Source: Phoronis australis (lineage: Eukaryota; Animalia; Phoronida). Taken from it: 64,000 nt of DNA. Below, piece by piece: positions 40,601 through 52,514 of this stretch. The position numbers and the translations under genes are program-made. The notes below the pieces were generated by a model. The model did no database searches and had not been told where the DNA came from. It was given only the letters and a program-made list of their open reading frames with translations. The stretch is taken from the NCBI GenBank assembly GCA_002633005.1, contig NMRA01000937.1, positions 1-64,000 of the forward strand, in the 5' to 3' direction. Each line of letters starts with the position of its first letter. Positions within the stretch are counted from its first letter, which is position 1.

Positions 40601-41684
40601 ACATTGGCACAGCATTTCGCTTGATCATTTCTCCAGCCGCCTTCAGGTGTCCTAGTGTTCTAAGACGAAGGAGAGCGCTCTCGCTTTTCGAAGAACAGTA
40701 ACTCCTAAAGATGGCCCGAGAAATAAACATTATGCCCTTGTAAATAGGCTTGAGGTTGGTGTAAAAAGTGAGATTTTAGGCATGATGTTAGCAGGATTTT
40801 GCTTATATTTTCATTGGTCACTGTTGTGCTGTTATAAAATAATCCATGTTTGGAGAATGGATGTTAATATAATCCTTAACAAGAAGACATTTACCATACT
40901 TGTCTGGGTTGTGTGCTGTCCTGGTCACCTGGATAAGGAAACTCAATGAGGGCGTGAGAGTGAAGTCTAGCAATGGTAGGTCGAAGAGGCCCATTTACAC
41001 ATGGTCAATTTGCTTGTGTAAATGCCTTCACCATTTTTGCTCACAATCATTATAATATGAGCCAAAACAACTCGTTAAGCCTCCTCCATTAAAGAGTAGG
41101 TATTTTACCGCCCGAGTAGGTCCAGGTGGCGCTGAAACTGACAGTTCATTACTCAACGTTGCTTACACTTTGGAAATCAAAATTCTCATGAGGCATGATG
41201 TGCAAGCTTGCTCTTGGAGATATAAAAATTTGCAATAAAACAGTCGTATTCCGTTGGGAAATAGTCAGATTCTGGCAGGAAATACACTAAGAAACTGTCC
41301 TTCCTCAGCCGACGTTAACCCTGCTCATTCTCACTAACAACATGAACCTATTGCTAGTTAATCTTGCGTAATAAAGATACTTTGTCCTGTATTCCAGACA
41401 AGTCCACAACGAGATTCAGTCCAGCTATTTATAAGAACTGCACCGTGGCATTCATGAGTGGATGCATGTCACTCAGTAAGTGTAAATCATCGTGTAAGTC
41501 AATGGGAGCAAGCCGGTTCCGCTGGTTTCACGAGCATGGCTGTTGCGAGTGCGTTGGAAGTACATGCCTTGACTATGGCAAGAGCACAGCCATGTGTGAG
41601 AAATGTCCCGACAATGAAGACGACAACTTTACGGAAGGGCTAGAGGCTGAGGGCGGGGCAGAAAATAGTGAGGATGAACTCTAG
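34602..41684 (+). CDS. tsg: Twisted gastrulation (Tsg/TWSG1) BMP modulator, ~229 aa, with signal peptide
   Basis: Exons: 34602-34812 (GCCACC-ATG context; MFWTVLVTVCMLTGLRPTLGCNEAICASQVSKCLLLESCSC...ECCSCV), 40272-40463 (GLCPAP...SSIEDLVYDIPDLFDSLT), 41398-41684 (NCTVAFMSGCMSLSKCKSSCKSMGASRFRWFHEHGCCECVGSTCLDYG). Both Tsg cysteine-rich domains are present; 690 nt. An acceptor at 34594 implies an upstream 5'UTR exon that I could not locate. Confidence 0.95.
34863..36126. mobile_element. CpG-rich insertion, probable TE fragment, interrupting a tsg junction-repeat unit
   Basis: Begins abruptly after gactgttatcca, mid-unit. Composition differs from the flanks. The right end is hidden by the N at 36127. 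Confidence 0.45.
36128..36517 (+). repeat. 99-bp (68+31) minisatellite derived from the tsg exon 3' end and donor site
   Basis: About 4 units of tgtaaggactgttatc(c/a)atgtctgactgagctctgtctgg(a/t)gtgtgttcatgtgttg|gtaa. Homologous to 34755-34862. Confidence 0.92.
36840..37406 (-). mobile_element. DINE-1/HINE-like repeat
   Basis: Terminus reads acaagagcaacgtggagcgttgaaatgcacccac on the minus strand. cgtccagcgtcc and tgtatctcctaaac match the 59958 copy in reverse. Confidence 0.55.
40627..40724. repeat. ~100-bp imperfect palindrome in a tsg intron
   Basis: atttctc...tgttct...cgaaggagagcgctctcgcttttcgaagaaca...gagaaat folds back on itself. Confidence 0.6.
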
Positions 41685-41900
41685 ATTATTACGTATGTCG
41701 GTGGTGCATTTGGTTTACCATATCATGGGCAGCATTTGATAAGGTTTGGTGGAGATCACTGTTGGCTAAAATAATGACTGTAGAAATATGGTGGTCACCA
41801 TTTTACCTTACCCTGAATGGTAAGAATTTCGCAAACTGTTCTCAGACTGTTGTCAAGACAAACATTACAAAACACAGTTCTATATAATGCATCTGTATAT

Positions 41901-42650
41901 TACCGTAACCATTTGAGTTAACATCCCGAGTGCTTAAATTGGCTAGCCCGGAAATTAGGGGGTGGGCGCTTAACCCAGAGATTGGCGGTTAAGTCAGAAA
42001 TTTCAAGAAATTGAGGGTGGAAACTAGCCAGTCATGGCCGTTTAACCTGAGTGTAGCAGTATGTATTTTGAGAAAGTAGAAATTACACCTTGAAAAACAC
42101 CTTTTAAAATTCTGGGGCTGACTTGCCATACGATTGTTATCAAAGTCGCTGATGATGTTTGCTGTTAAAATTGCGCAACTCAAATTTTTGAAAAAACATT
42201 CCACCAAAAAACTTTGAATGACATATGGTGCATGGAAACGGATGTAGTGCAAATTTTGTGACATATGTTGTCATCATATCGAATAATTAGAGTTACATGA
42301 GGTAAAGAGCTATTAGAGTGACTTGAGTCTCCATATGTGTCACTTTAAATAACGCAGCCATTTTTTATGCTCTTCAGAAGACGCTTAGGGAATACGATGT
42401 CCCGAGCGACGACCGAAAACTACACTGCGACTTGAAATTGATCGTGTTTCCACTTTTGAAAGAATGTCTTATGGTTTCAAAAATCAATTCGATGAAGTAA
42501 ATTCTGGATGGCACCAGCCCTAGCTTTGCAAAAATTCTCAACACTTAAGGGTGGGCGCTAGCCAACCAGTAGGCACTTAATCCGAAAATTTTCAGATCTG
42601 GGGGGGTGAGCACTTACGTGAGCATAGCATCCACTCAAATGTTTACAGTA
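41901..42650. mobile_element. TA-flanked MITE with Tc1/mariner-pogo-type termini, downstream of the tsg stop codon
   Basis: taccgtaaccatttgagt pairs with actcaaatgtttacagta. The motif gggtgggcgct recurs near both ends. Confidence 0.65.
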
Positions 42651-45600
42651 ATTCTAATGATTTGTTTGCATTTGACTCCCATTTTGATTGTGAAATAAGT
42701 TATGTAACAGGTAAATCTGATGGCAAGTAATAGAAGTGTGGTAATCAATCACGTTTAGTGATTTGTCCTTTCCGTCCTATTTCACGAGAACGTGATTTGA
42801 GTTTACCTTCTTTTTGCCAAACCGTCTAGGTTACGCTTATTTCTTTACAAAGCACAAGGGTTTGCATTTTTATTTTATTGTCAGTATTTTTGTATACTTT
42901 TGTCACAAGTTTTAAATTTTTAAAGAATTTTTAAAGTCATTTTTGTTTTCCGAATTCGGTTTATCAGCAATCTTCAAATTGTACAACTCTAGTCAGTGTG
43001 AATTTGAAATGAGAGATGTGTAATTGTTTTAATGTGTAAACGTATCAACAAATTAGAAAGAGTATGTTCTAGTCAGTTTGACAAGCAGATTTTTCATTCT
43101 TCAGTTATTGTTTGTGAGTCGAATGACTACTTTAGTTTTTTACCTTAGGTTACTTGTGATCATGATGTAATCTTTAATTCTTACAAATAATAGAGTGCAA
43201 ATCTTTGCACTTTAAAGCATTACAGGTTTTGGACCCAGCATTTCTTTGTTGTATTTTTTGGAATGTGAATTATCATTGAAATCTAAATACTTTCAAAATT
43301 CTGTACACTTTCCGTAGAATTTTCATATTCGAGAGACACGATTTTATTGTATGAATCTTGTAGTGAACTGATTTGACTGGGTATGAGCAGTACGTGTATT
43401 GTGTACTGTGAGTGGATTGCAACAATACAGTCAATTATTGTACTTCAATGTCATTTCCATTTTCATCCAACTCCTCTGCTTGAGCACATTTCAATTATTC
43501 TTCGTTAAAGTGTGAAGTAATTGACCTATGGCAAGCTCCGCCTCCTTGCGAAAAGTCGCAGAACAAACAATAAGTTTTACCTGACAACGTGTTGTTTGTC
43601 AGGTAAAATGAGGGCTTGGAAACAAATGTGTGTCAAGAATGCTGCGTTTTGATTGGTCATTTAAGCTGTCATTCGAAATCCTGGTGATGGGTCAATTGTA
43701 AATTAAAGCTGTTTGAAGTTTTCACAGTTGCATTACTCTGTGTGCACATTTTACAGCTGTTGAACAATGCTATTGGCCTTATGCCGACAACCAAACTTAA
43801 GATTTTAGGCCCTGTGCCATCAAATTTTTTCAATTTAAAGACTTCTGTCCCTGTGCAAACAAACATAGGAATTCAGGCCCTGTTAATCAGACTTAGGACA
43901 GTAGGATTTCTGGGAGGGGGGTGGCAGACAATGTAATTGGACAGTGGGACATTACACTGAGAGTGATTGCGTTTTTCAAATTTCTGGTAAAGATTAGTGT
44001 CACTTTTTCGTAATGATAAAAATTTAGATATCATTTCGGTGGTCTCTATTTTTGCGTGATATAAGTTTCGATCTGATAATACTCTGCACAGTATGAATAG
44101 TGACATGATTTTAAAAAGTCACAGGAGAGTAGGATAGGGTATAATTTAAATTCTAGATTTTTTGTTGATTTGGTATAAATATGGAATGTGTTTCACGCCC
44201 TCTTTTGATAGTCATGAATTGGATTAGTTTCAGTTTTGCCTGGTATAAATATCAACCCAGATTTGGACATCGAGCTACACCGCCTTCACAAAAAGACGGC
44301 TGCCCCCTCCCCCGCAATTGGACTACAGGCCCTGTCCAATCCCTTTTTTGGCTGATTTTTTTGTTGCTCATATGTGTCCAGTGAAAACGTCGACCATACA
44401 TGAAATTTTTTTAAAATGCTGTTTGGAGTGCCTGAAAAGCATAGTTTTCGCTGTTGCCGCTGACTTATGGGTGAGGTGCACAATGGTAGGAAATGCTGAT
44501 GTCATCAAAACAGAACAGAGTATAATACTTGGGGCATTTTTGGATGCATTTAGCCTTTTCCTGAAATTAAACGATACATTTAGACAAAAGACTGGAAAAG
44601 GTTGTGCTTAGAGATAAACCTAGTTGCATGAAACTATTGACGACCATTTGAAAAGCCATCATACATCTAGCTGTGTTCAAATGCTTGGATTCAACTTCAC
44701 TCATCAAAAGTAGCAAAATGTTGGATTTTCTATTTCTGCTTGCAAGTCGCTTGGAAAATTGCATGTTGTGTAGTATTAACTCAAGTCATTCAATGATTAA
44801 GAGAACAGGTCAAATTAACTATCCTGAGAAATGTTTTTTCTGAATCAGTAGGAATCTATTGATTATATGTCTTATTTCAAACTGTAATGGGTAATGAATC
44901 ACATTGATCTGGAGCCCTTTTGTCTGCTACAGAAAGCAGTGAAATGTACACACGCTTAATTTTGTTGGTGTAGAGCAGTTGCCATAGTTTCATAGTAAAA
45001 CTTAAAATTACAGGTTATTGTTTTATCATAAATATCGTCAGATGGCAAATATTTCGAAGAAAAATAAATTATTACTGTTTACTGACCAGTGAAATGTAGA
45101 TAAAACAAAAGTGTAGAATCTTTGTTTTAGTCCCATTTGAAATTTTAAGTTGTGTTCGTCAGATTTTCTCAAATTCATAAATTCGATATTGTTTTTATCT
45201 ATTTTCAATGTTTACCTGTTTGAGCTATTGTCGTAGAAATTCTAGAAATATTTTCAACTGTTCCTGTGAATGAAATTGTCTTGTCTGTAAACTACATCAA
45301 CACTCTTGGATTTTATCCTCCCACCATCTACGTAATTTGACTACAAATATCCTGATGAACTCGGGTATCCTATGACCTACGTAACCATGAACAGGTGAGA
45401 CGAATATTTTTTTAGACGAAATGATAGGGTCTCTTAGTGACGACATAACTTTGTTGTGATTTAACAATGTGGTTATGGCAACTGCAACTAGTATTCATGT
45501 ATGGATATATATACCCATCTTCCTGTCTATATAGATCTCTCTTCCTATCTTTGAGTGAGTATGTATTCATGCATGCATGTTTATTTCTTTTTGTATTCGT

Positions 45601-46221
45601 GTAAATGAAACATAGTCTTAAAATTGAATTGAGATTTTCAAACAATTCTGCATTAGTTTCATTAATTGTGTAAACCTGAAACTGTTATAGCAGATGGTAG
45701 TTTTAATGGTCTCAGATATACACAACTTGATTATGCTAATCCAAAATTACAATACTTTTTTAACTCTTGCTAATCATAGAATGCGACCTTCCCTACTTCA
45801 GAAGAAATGAATACTTCGATTTATTAGAACTGCAGACCAATGTGTTGGACAGAAGTTACATGTGCAGATGTGGTTTTCCGTATTGCAACATCTGGAAATT
45901 TACTCTGTCACAGAAGAAGCCCATAAGCATCACCCACTTTCCAGTTAACATGTGGAGTCGCAAACTCCAGCTGTATTTTGAAATTAAAGACATTGGCTGT
46001 AATATGATTTAAATTTGTATTATTTTAGCAAACCATATTCCTGTTATGAGACAATATGGCCCTACTCTGCACTGTTCTTGTAGCCCGTTTCATTGTTAAC
46101 ATGTTGAGGTCTGATTATTTTGACTCGCTCTTAAGAGACCATTACTGTAGATGTAAGTTGTGCTTAAACGTTCTCCTTATCAGCGCAATTAATAATTCCG
46201 AGTCTCCCGTGTGCTTCAGTC

Positions 46222-46698
46222 CCGGGGGGGGGGGTTACTCCCATGCAAGAACTATATGGGACGAGTTACTCATCTTGGTTCACATGGCTATCGTTTTCAT
46301 GACCAATTTTCCTGTAAAATGCTCTGTGTAACTAGTATTTCTAATTTCATTCCCCCATAATGGTTCACTGGGAAAATTTGAAACTCTACAAAACATTTCT
46401 TTTTGCACTTACAAAAATCTAAAGAATCGTCTTCAGTCGTATCTAAGTTTTTCACACTTTGGTTGCAAAAGATTTACCGATTTGCATCTCATACTCTTAC
46501 AATTACGAGTAAAAAAGACACCCGACTCAAGATTCCCAGGGAAAGGGTGTTATTTCTAGAGCATAACCCCACAAAAAGGTTACCATTTGGTGTAAGCTCC
46601 TTCAAGTTTCTCTTTTTTGAAGACATTTCTCCGAATAGGTGGGTATTTTAATTTTCCAGGTGTTGTGGCATAAAATATAGCAGAGTGACCCCCCCCGG
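46222..46698. mobile_element. MITE with CCGGGGGG...ACTC termini and an 8-9 bp target-site duplication
   Basis: ccgg(g)n-ttactc pairs with gagtga(c)n-gg. cttcagtc flanks both sides (46214-46221 and 46700-46707). Confidence 0.8.
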
Positions 46699-47855
46699 AC
46701 TTCAGTCAATGAAGCCTTGCTGTGGCTCTGCTCTTGCTTCAAATGTATGTGAAAATGAACATCAAGCAGTATCCAACTCATCCAAACACGTTTGATTTTT
46801 AAAGGGGTTCGACTGTTTTGATTTATAGCCGATTTTTGTGAAGATTGCATATTTCTTATTTTTTGTCTGCCTTCTGCAAATCTGAACTCAAAAGTGAGTC
46901 TAATTCATGATCTAGATTATCTCGCTGCCTTCCACTAGATGGTGCTGCCTTCAACTAGATGGCTATTATGTTATTTTGTTTGGACTGTGAAATTAAGTTT
47001 CGTTGATTTAAACATTTCAAGACTAGAAGTTTCTTCTCCAAGTGCCATTTGAATCAAATCACCTGCATTTAGGTTTGCCTATTTTTGGTATGATGTCGTG
47101 AAATTTGATGTTGTGTGATATGAACCAAAATAAAAAGAATACAAAATCAACATTTTTCAAATGAAATGATCTGTTTAATATTTGTATCATGAAAATTGTT
47201 TTCAAGTGTTTTTTAAGTTGGTCAATATGAACCCCGCCCCCCATAATACTTTACTTGCAGCTAGTGTATTTTGAGAACTGTATAATTTTATAATTTTGAT
47301 GGTTTAATGAGGTACTGTGATTATTGAGACAGTCACAATTATGGGGAAAGAAAAGGTCTGGGTATAACTGGGAACAAAGACTGTTATACCAAGTCTTAGC
47401 TATGACTCACATATCCTGTGAAGTGAAAAGAACTCGGCACATACTATATAGCAATAACATGTGCAATTTCCTCTTTGCTCTCAATGTCTGACCCGACAGG
47501 TGTGAGGGTTTGCCAGTCAAAGTCATTACTAAATTGATGAATATAAAAGTTGACATTTCAATTGAAACAGACCAAGCCTTCAGGCTTGTACTGGTGGTAT
47601 TTAGACAAAGTGAGCCATGATAAATTAGTTAAGCATGGCCTGTCAGGTACAATTTGCCATCTGAGCAAAACTAAAGCCACATTTGTGGTGGAATTTATGT
47701 GGGTTCAAAATACTCCCTTTTCATGCGGTGAAATTCTCGAGATGTGCGGGTACTAATTGGTTGGCCAAGTCGTATTGTCTTCAAAAAAACTAGCAGTTTT
47801 TGAGAATTTTTTGTGTTAAGAATTTTAAAATTAGCTAAGAAATTAATGCACCGGG

Positions 47856-47953
47856 TAAAGTGAGGCAGTGACCCTCACTGCAGGCTCTCGCTTGTGTAAC
47901 TAGGGAGTCCATGTACACACAGTAAAGTGAGGCAGTGACCCTCACTGCAGGCT
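47856..47953. repeat. Short direct repeat, two copies of ~30 bp, each with a small hairpin
   Basis: gtaaagtgaggcagtgaccctcactgcaggct occurs twice. Confidence 0.75.
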
Positions 47954-50900
47954 TTCATCTATGTGACTATTACGGGGGCACATGTACGCATTTCAATGTC
48001 TTGCAGTGGATTTAGAATTTGTCAGTCGCCATCTCACATCCTTCTTGCAAGACATTAAAAATAATTCCATTGTATGATAAAATAAGTTTTCATAAAAATA
48101 TAGAAACTGCTAAAACACTTTAAAATCCAGAAAAATTGATTAGATGTCTAGTTTTCAAGACTAAAAGGAGCAGCCCTTCATCAGATATTAAGACAATTGG
48201 CACAAAATCTAATTTTCTTTTTCAACACCCACAACAATGGTGGTCTTAATAAAGATGCGGGCCACATGAGGCACTACCTGTAACTATTCCCATTTCCTCT
48301 CGCTTATTTTTCATTTTCTCACATTCCTCTCCTTAGTAGTTACGAACAGGTTGGTATAAACATAGAACTCAAGCGCATTAGATGGCCTTGCGGGCCGCCC
48401 CTGTAGGGATCAAAAGCTAGTGTCTTTGACAAGTAATTTTTACCAGATTTTAATGTATTTTACCACTTTCAACATTGTCTCCAAGTTCTCACATGACATG
48501 AGGAATAGAACTGAAAGCATTAATTTGGTTTATATTTTCTGAAAATGAAGAAATACTAGAATGTCCATTGTCTGCCACATCGTGTCCTAAATTAGTGAGA
48601 TGCAAAAATCCAGTGAACTCCAAACAAACAACCATTTAATGATAAAATCATAGACAAGTTGATACACCTGAAGTAGCATATTTTGAAGGAAATATGCACA
48701 TGTGACAAGGTACCTCTGTTATGGTCAATTCAGCACATAGCCCAATGGTGGTTACTGAAAACGAAAGTGGGCAGTGAAATATACCGGTTGGGACAGCTCA
48801 TTCAATTGTTTCATTTTAAAGCTTTAATACAGCCTTGAGCTTAGCTCACTGACACTTAATGCAACTGGCTGAGCACACCGGTCTTAGTCTGCGTCATGCC
48901 TAAGTTAAAAACAATTGAAACAACATTCATCTCCAACATACCTTAAATCGTCAGCCAGTGGAAAAATACAGATTAGAAACAAGGCCTAACATTACATACA
49001 TATTCAAGATATTCTCAAGTAGCACATGTGACACAATTTATGAATAGGAACACAACTGTTGGGAGAAGAATACATTAACAGGCAGTTCATTGTTAGTTCC
49101 TTAGACTACTAATATTTTGTCAAGTGCCTAATATTTTGTCAAGTGCCTAAAATTGGTTTCCAAACAGACTATTCTGGAGATAACGATTTTGTTCAAAACG
49201 CCCTAAACCACACAAACAAAGAAAGGTATCCTACACAATATCTGAGTTTCTGAAGCAAGTTACCAGACCCCAGATGATTATTGGACTCGCTGTGACAAAG
49301 TTTCGTCTAAAGGCTCGTTAAACAGTCAAATTGTTTAATGACTACAACAAAAGAACAACACCTTACCTACCAACTATTACTAAAGGGGCATATGTCTTAC
49401 ACAACTACAACTACACTAAGTAAAAAATGACAACATGACAAAGCACATAAACACAGTTCACTTTCACTGGGAAAGCGTGTTAAAACGACATTAATCTATC
49501 ACTCATTCCAAATGAGTGATCACTGTACAACAGATCCAAGTTCTTCACAAAATTGGGGAAAAGAAGCACAGCTCCACCTAGTGGTTAAAAATGAAACTAA
49601 AGATGACCAGAACAATCTCTGAATGGAAATTGATTAAGGATGAGAGAATTTTTAGGTCATAATAAAACTGGATGATACTAAGCTTCAGTTATTGCTGCCA
49701 ATCCTAATGCAACTGCTGCTCTTGGAAATGAAATTGATAACCAAGACATCACTTATTTCGCAATCAATTGACATCCATACTGTGTCAGTATATTACTACC
49801 ATTCAACTGACAGCTAACATCCAACTCTGAGAATGCAAAACCAAGTTGCGCTTCAACTTAATTCCAATTCTGGTGGACGAATTAAGCGGACAAAGAAGAA
49901 ATGACATTTCTATCATCCACAGAAAGTCTGTGATGTTGGCCTCGAATCGTTTGAATAAACAACAACACAGCACATGCAACTTGACAGCATGACGCTCACA
50001 CACCATGTGAAATCTCAATGCTTCAATAAATATACATCCAAGTCAAATGTGAAATGGAAACTGGCTATTTAAACACAAGGGTAGAGAAATGAAACTGATT
50101 CCATTTCACAAAATTTAAAAAAGATCACCACTTGCTATTAAATATTAGCATACCATTCTTACATCATGCGTTGGACTTTCACAAGCACATAACCATATAC
50201 AAGTAACCATGGAGACATTCAAACAAATGCATGGACAAGGATATAAAATCTATCTGGACACGAATTCACCATTAATGAGCGACTTTATTGCTACTTTTCT
50301 GTGAAAACATATCGGCAGAAAATTGATCATTTGATTATTACTCGCAAATCATGCTCATATTGTCCTCTAACTAACCAGCCATCGGATGTGAGAGTAGGAC
50401 CAGCTCACAACATTGGCTGTCTCAGGAGATATGATGGGACCGGCCCCCTTTAATGCTTCTGTGAGCAACTAGAATAAGATACTATAAGCACTAGTACCCT
50501 TGGTACATGACCAAAAACTTCAAATTGCAGCAGTTACGTCAAATGACAATTCTTTAACAGTATTGAATTTTTGTTAAATGCTTTTACATTTATACAAATA
50601 AAAAACACAGACAGCACCAAATGTAATCCAAATAATACTGAGCTGTTTGCCACATTGCAGGTAACAAATGAAAATACTACCACTCTACAGAAGATCCCTT
50701 GTGAAATAATTCCTTGCCATTGGTTTAGTGTACTCCCAGTGGTACCACATGACTGAAAACATCCTCTTTGTCCAAGAAATTGAAACCAAGTTCAGGGACT
50801 GGAGTCTTATCTTTGTACTCGAAATCGAACTCAAAATCATTAATATTATTTTCCGTTCTATGTTTGTGTGAACTTAAGATTAATCTATTCTGTGCTCAAG

Positions 50901-52514
50901 TATGTTATTATTTATGCGTATGAGTTTCTAGTCCAAGTTCGCACTTGATGATCCCTAAATTCGAACTACGAACTCGAGTAAAAACTCAAGATTTCCAATT
51001 CAAACTTAATGCTGGGGTCATTACTGCAAACTAGGATTAGACAGTTATCCACAGAAGCCACTATGCACTGGTGCATAGAATAAAAGACACTTATCTTGAG
51101 TTTGCACACAAGTAGAATACAAAATAACAAAAATAAATACAAGTTCAATTTCAAATAAAAAGATTGTACCAAGGGACCAGATTCAGTACCAAAACACACT
51201 GTCAAGAAACCGATACAATAACACAGAAACTAAAATCATTTTGGTAGATTTCTTTGGCACAAGTGTTTTTTCCCAATGCCTTATTGCTTATCTATATATC
51301 AGTTCTGGAAAGAAAAGACTGCTTTTGGCACTAACAACTTATACTGATACTTTGCAGTAGCCAATCAAAATGTCTCAAAAGCCTGTCAACTACTGCAAGT
51401 ATTAATCACTGCAAGCCACCAAACACATTTCCAAGACACGTCATCAGTCATTGGTTAATTCAGTGACCAATCAGGGTTATCTGAGAGCAGATACAAGCCA
51501 ACTATGGCCTTTCCAAAATATCCAAACCAGTTTCTTACCATAGAACCCTTCACAAATATTAACAAAATGCTTTTTTTTAATTTGAGGTCAGAAATTCAAT
51601 TTCTCAAGACAATGCGACACGCAAATGCTCAGAGGATGGTGGTCGTATTGACATTAATAAATCAATGATTTTGTCCACACATGAACAAGGTAGTTCAACA
51701 AGAGTGTCCGAGTGCCGAAGGTCATGCCAGTTTCCTTTATGTGAGAATAGCACAGATTTAAAAGACACAAATTACTAGAAATACAATCATAATACTGTTC
51801 ACTCAACAATGAGATTGTCTCTCAACATCAGTACTCCCACTGTTTACAATTCGTAATCACATAGTACTAGCTAAGACACGTCACTTACACATGCCAAGGA
51901 CAAGTTCTGTAGATGCAAGAATTCGTGGGTAAACCTTGTGGGATCACACGCTTTGTTTGTAATGCAAAATCTTGTGTTTTTACGAGTTTCTTGCATCTAT
52001 GTAACATACCCCTGAATGTTTATACAGGAAGTCATACCTCCAAATCAAACAGCACCTCTAGTATACACGCCATCGCTATTACACAGTAACGCTTCAGTAT
52101 ATGTTCATCCCAGTTCAGTCCCGCTGAGGAGCAGTGGGTTGAAATACAGATTAGAGACATTTGATGTCATGGACAAGTACCTCGAAGGCAAACATAATTT
52201 GGGACAACGTACTTGGCAAAGAATCTGACATTTCAAAAGTGAAGCAAATGCTGTACCACGCTGTAAGGTTCAATGATCCAACTGGAAATTGAGCCGCCGT
52301 GTATATATTCCAGTAAATCACGAATACTCCAGATTGCACAAGCAGCCTCAATTTCAGTACTGACATGAGCTTTGATGTAGAGTCCACGTCAAAGAGTAGA
52401 CTGGTTAATCCACTGATTAGCCAGTCTCAAAACATAGCACTTCAAAATGACCAAGTTCTACAATTGACAAAACCAGAACTCAATCTGAAATAGTAACTCT
52501 GACTCATGCAGTTT

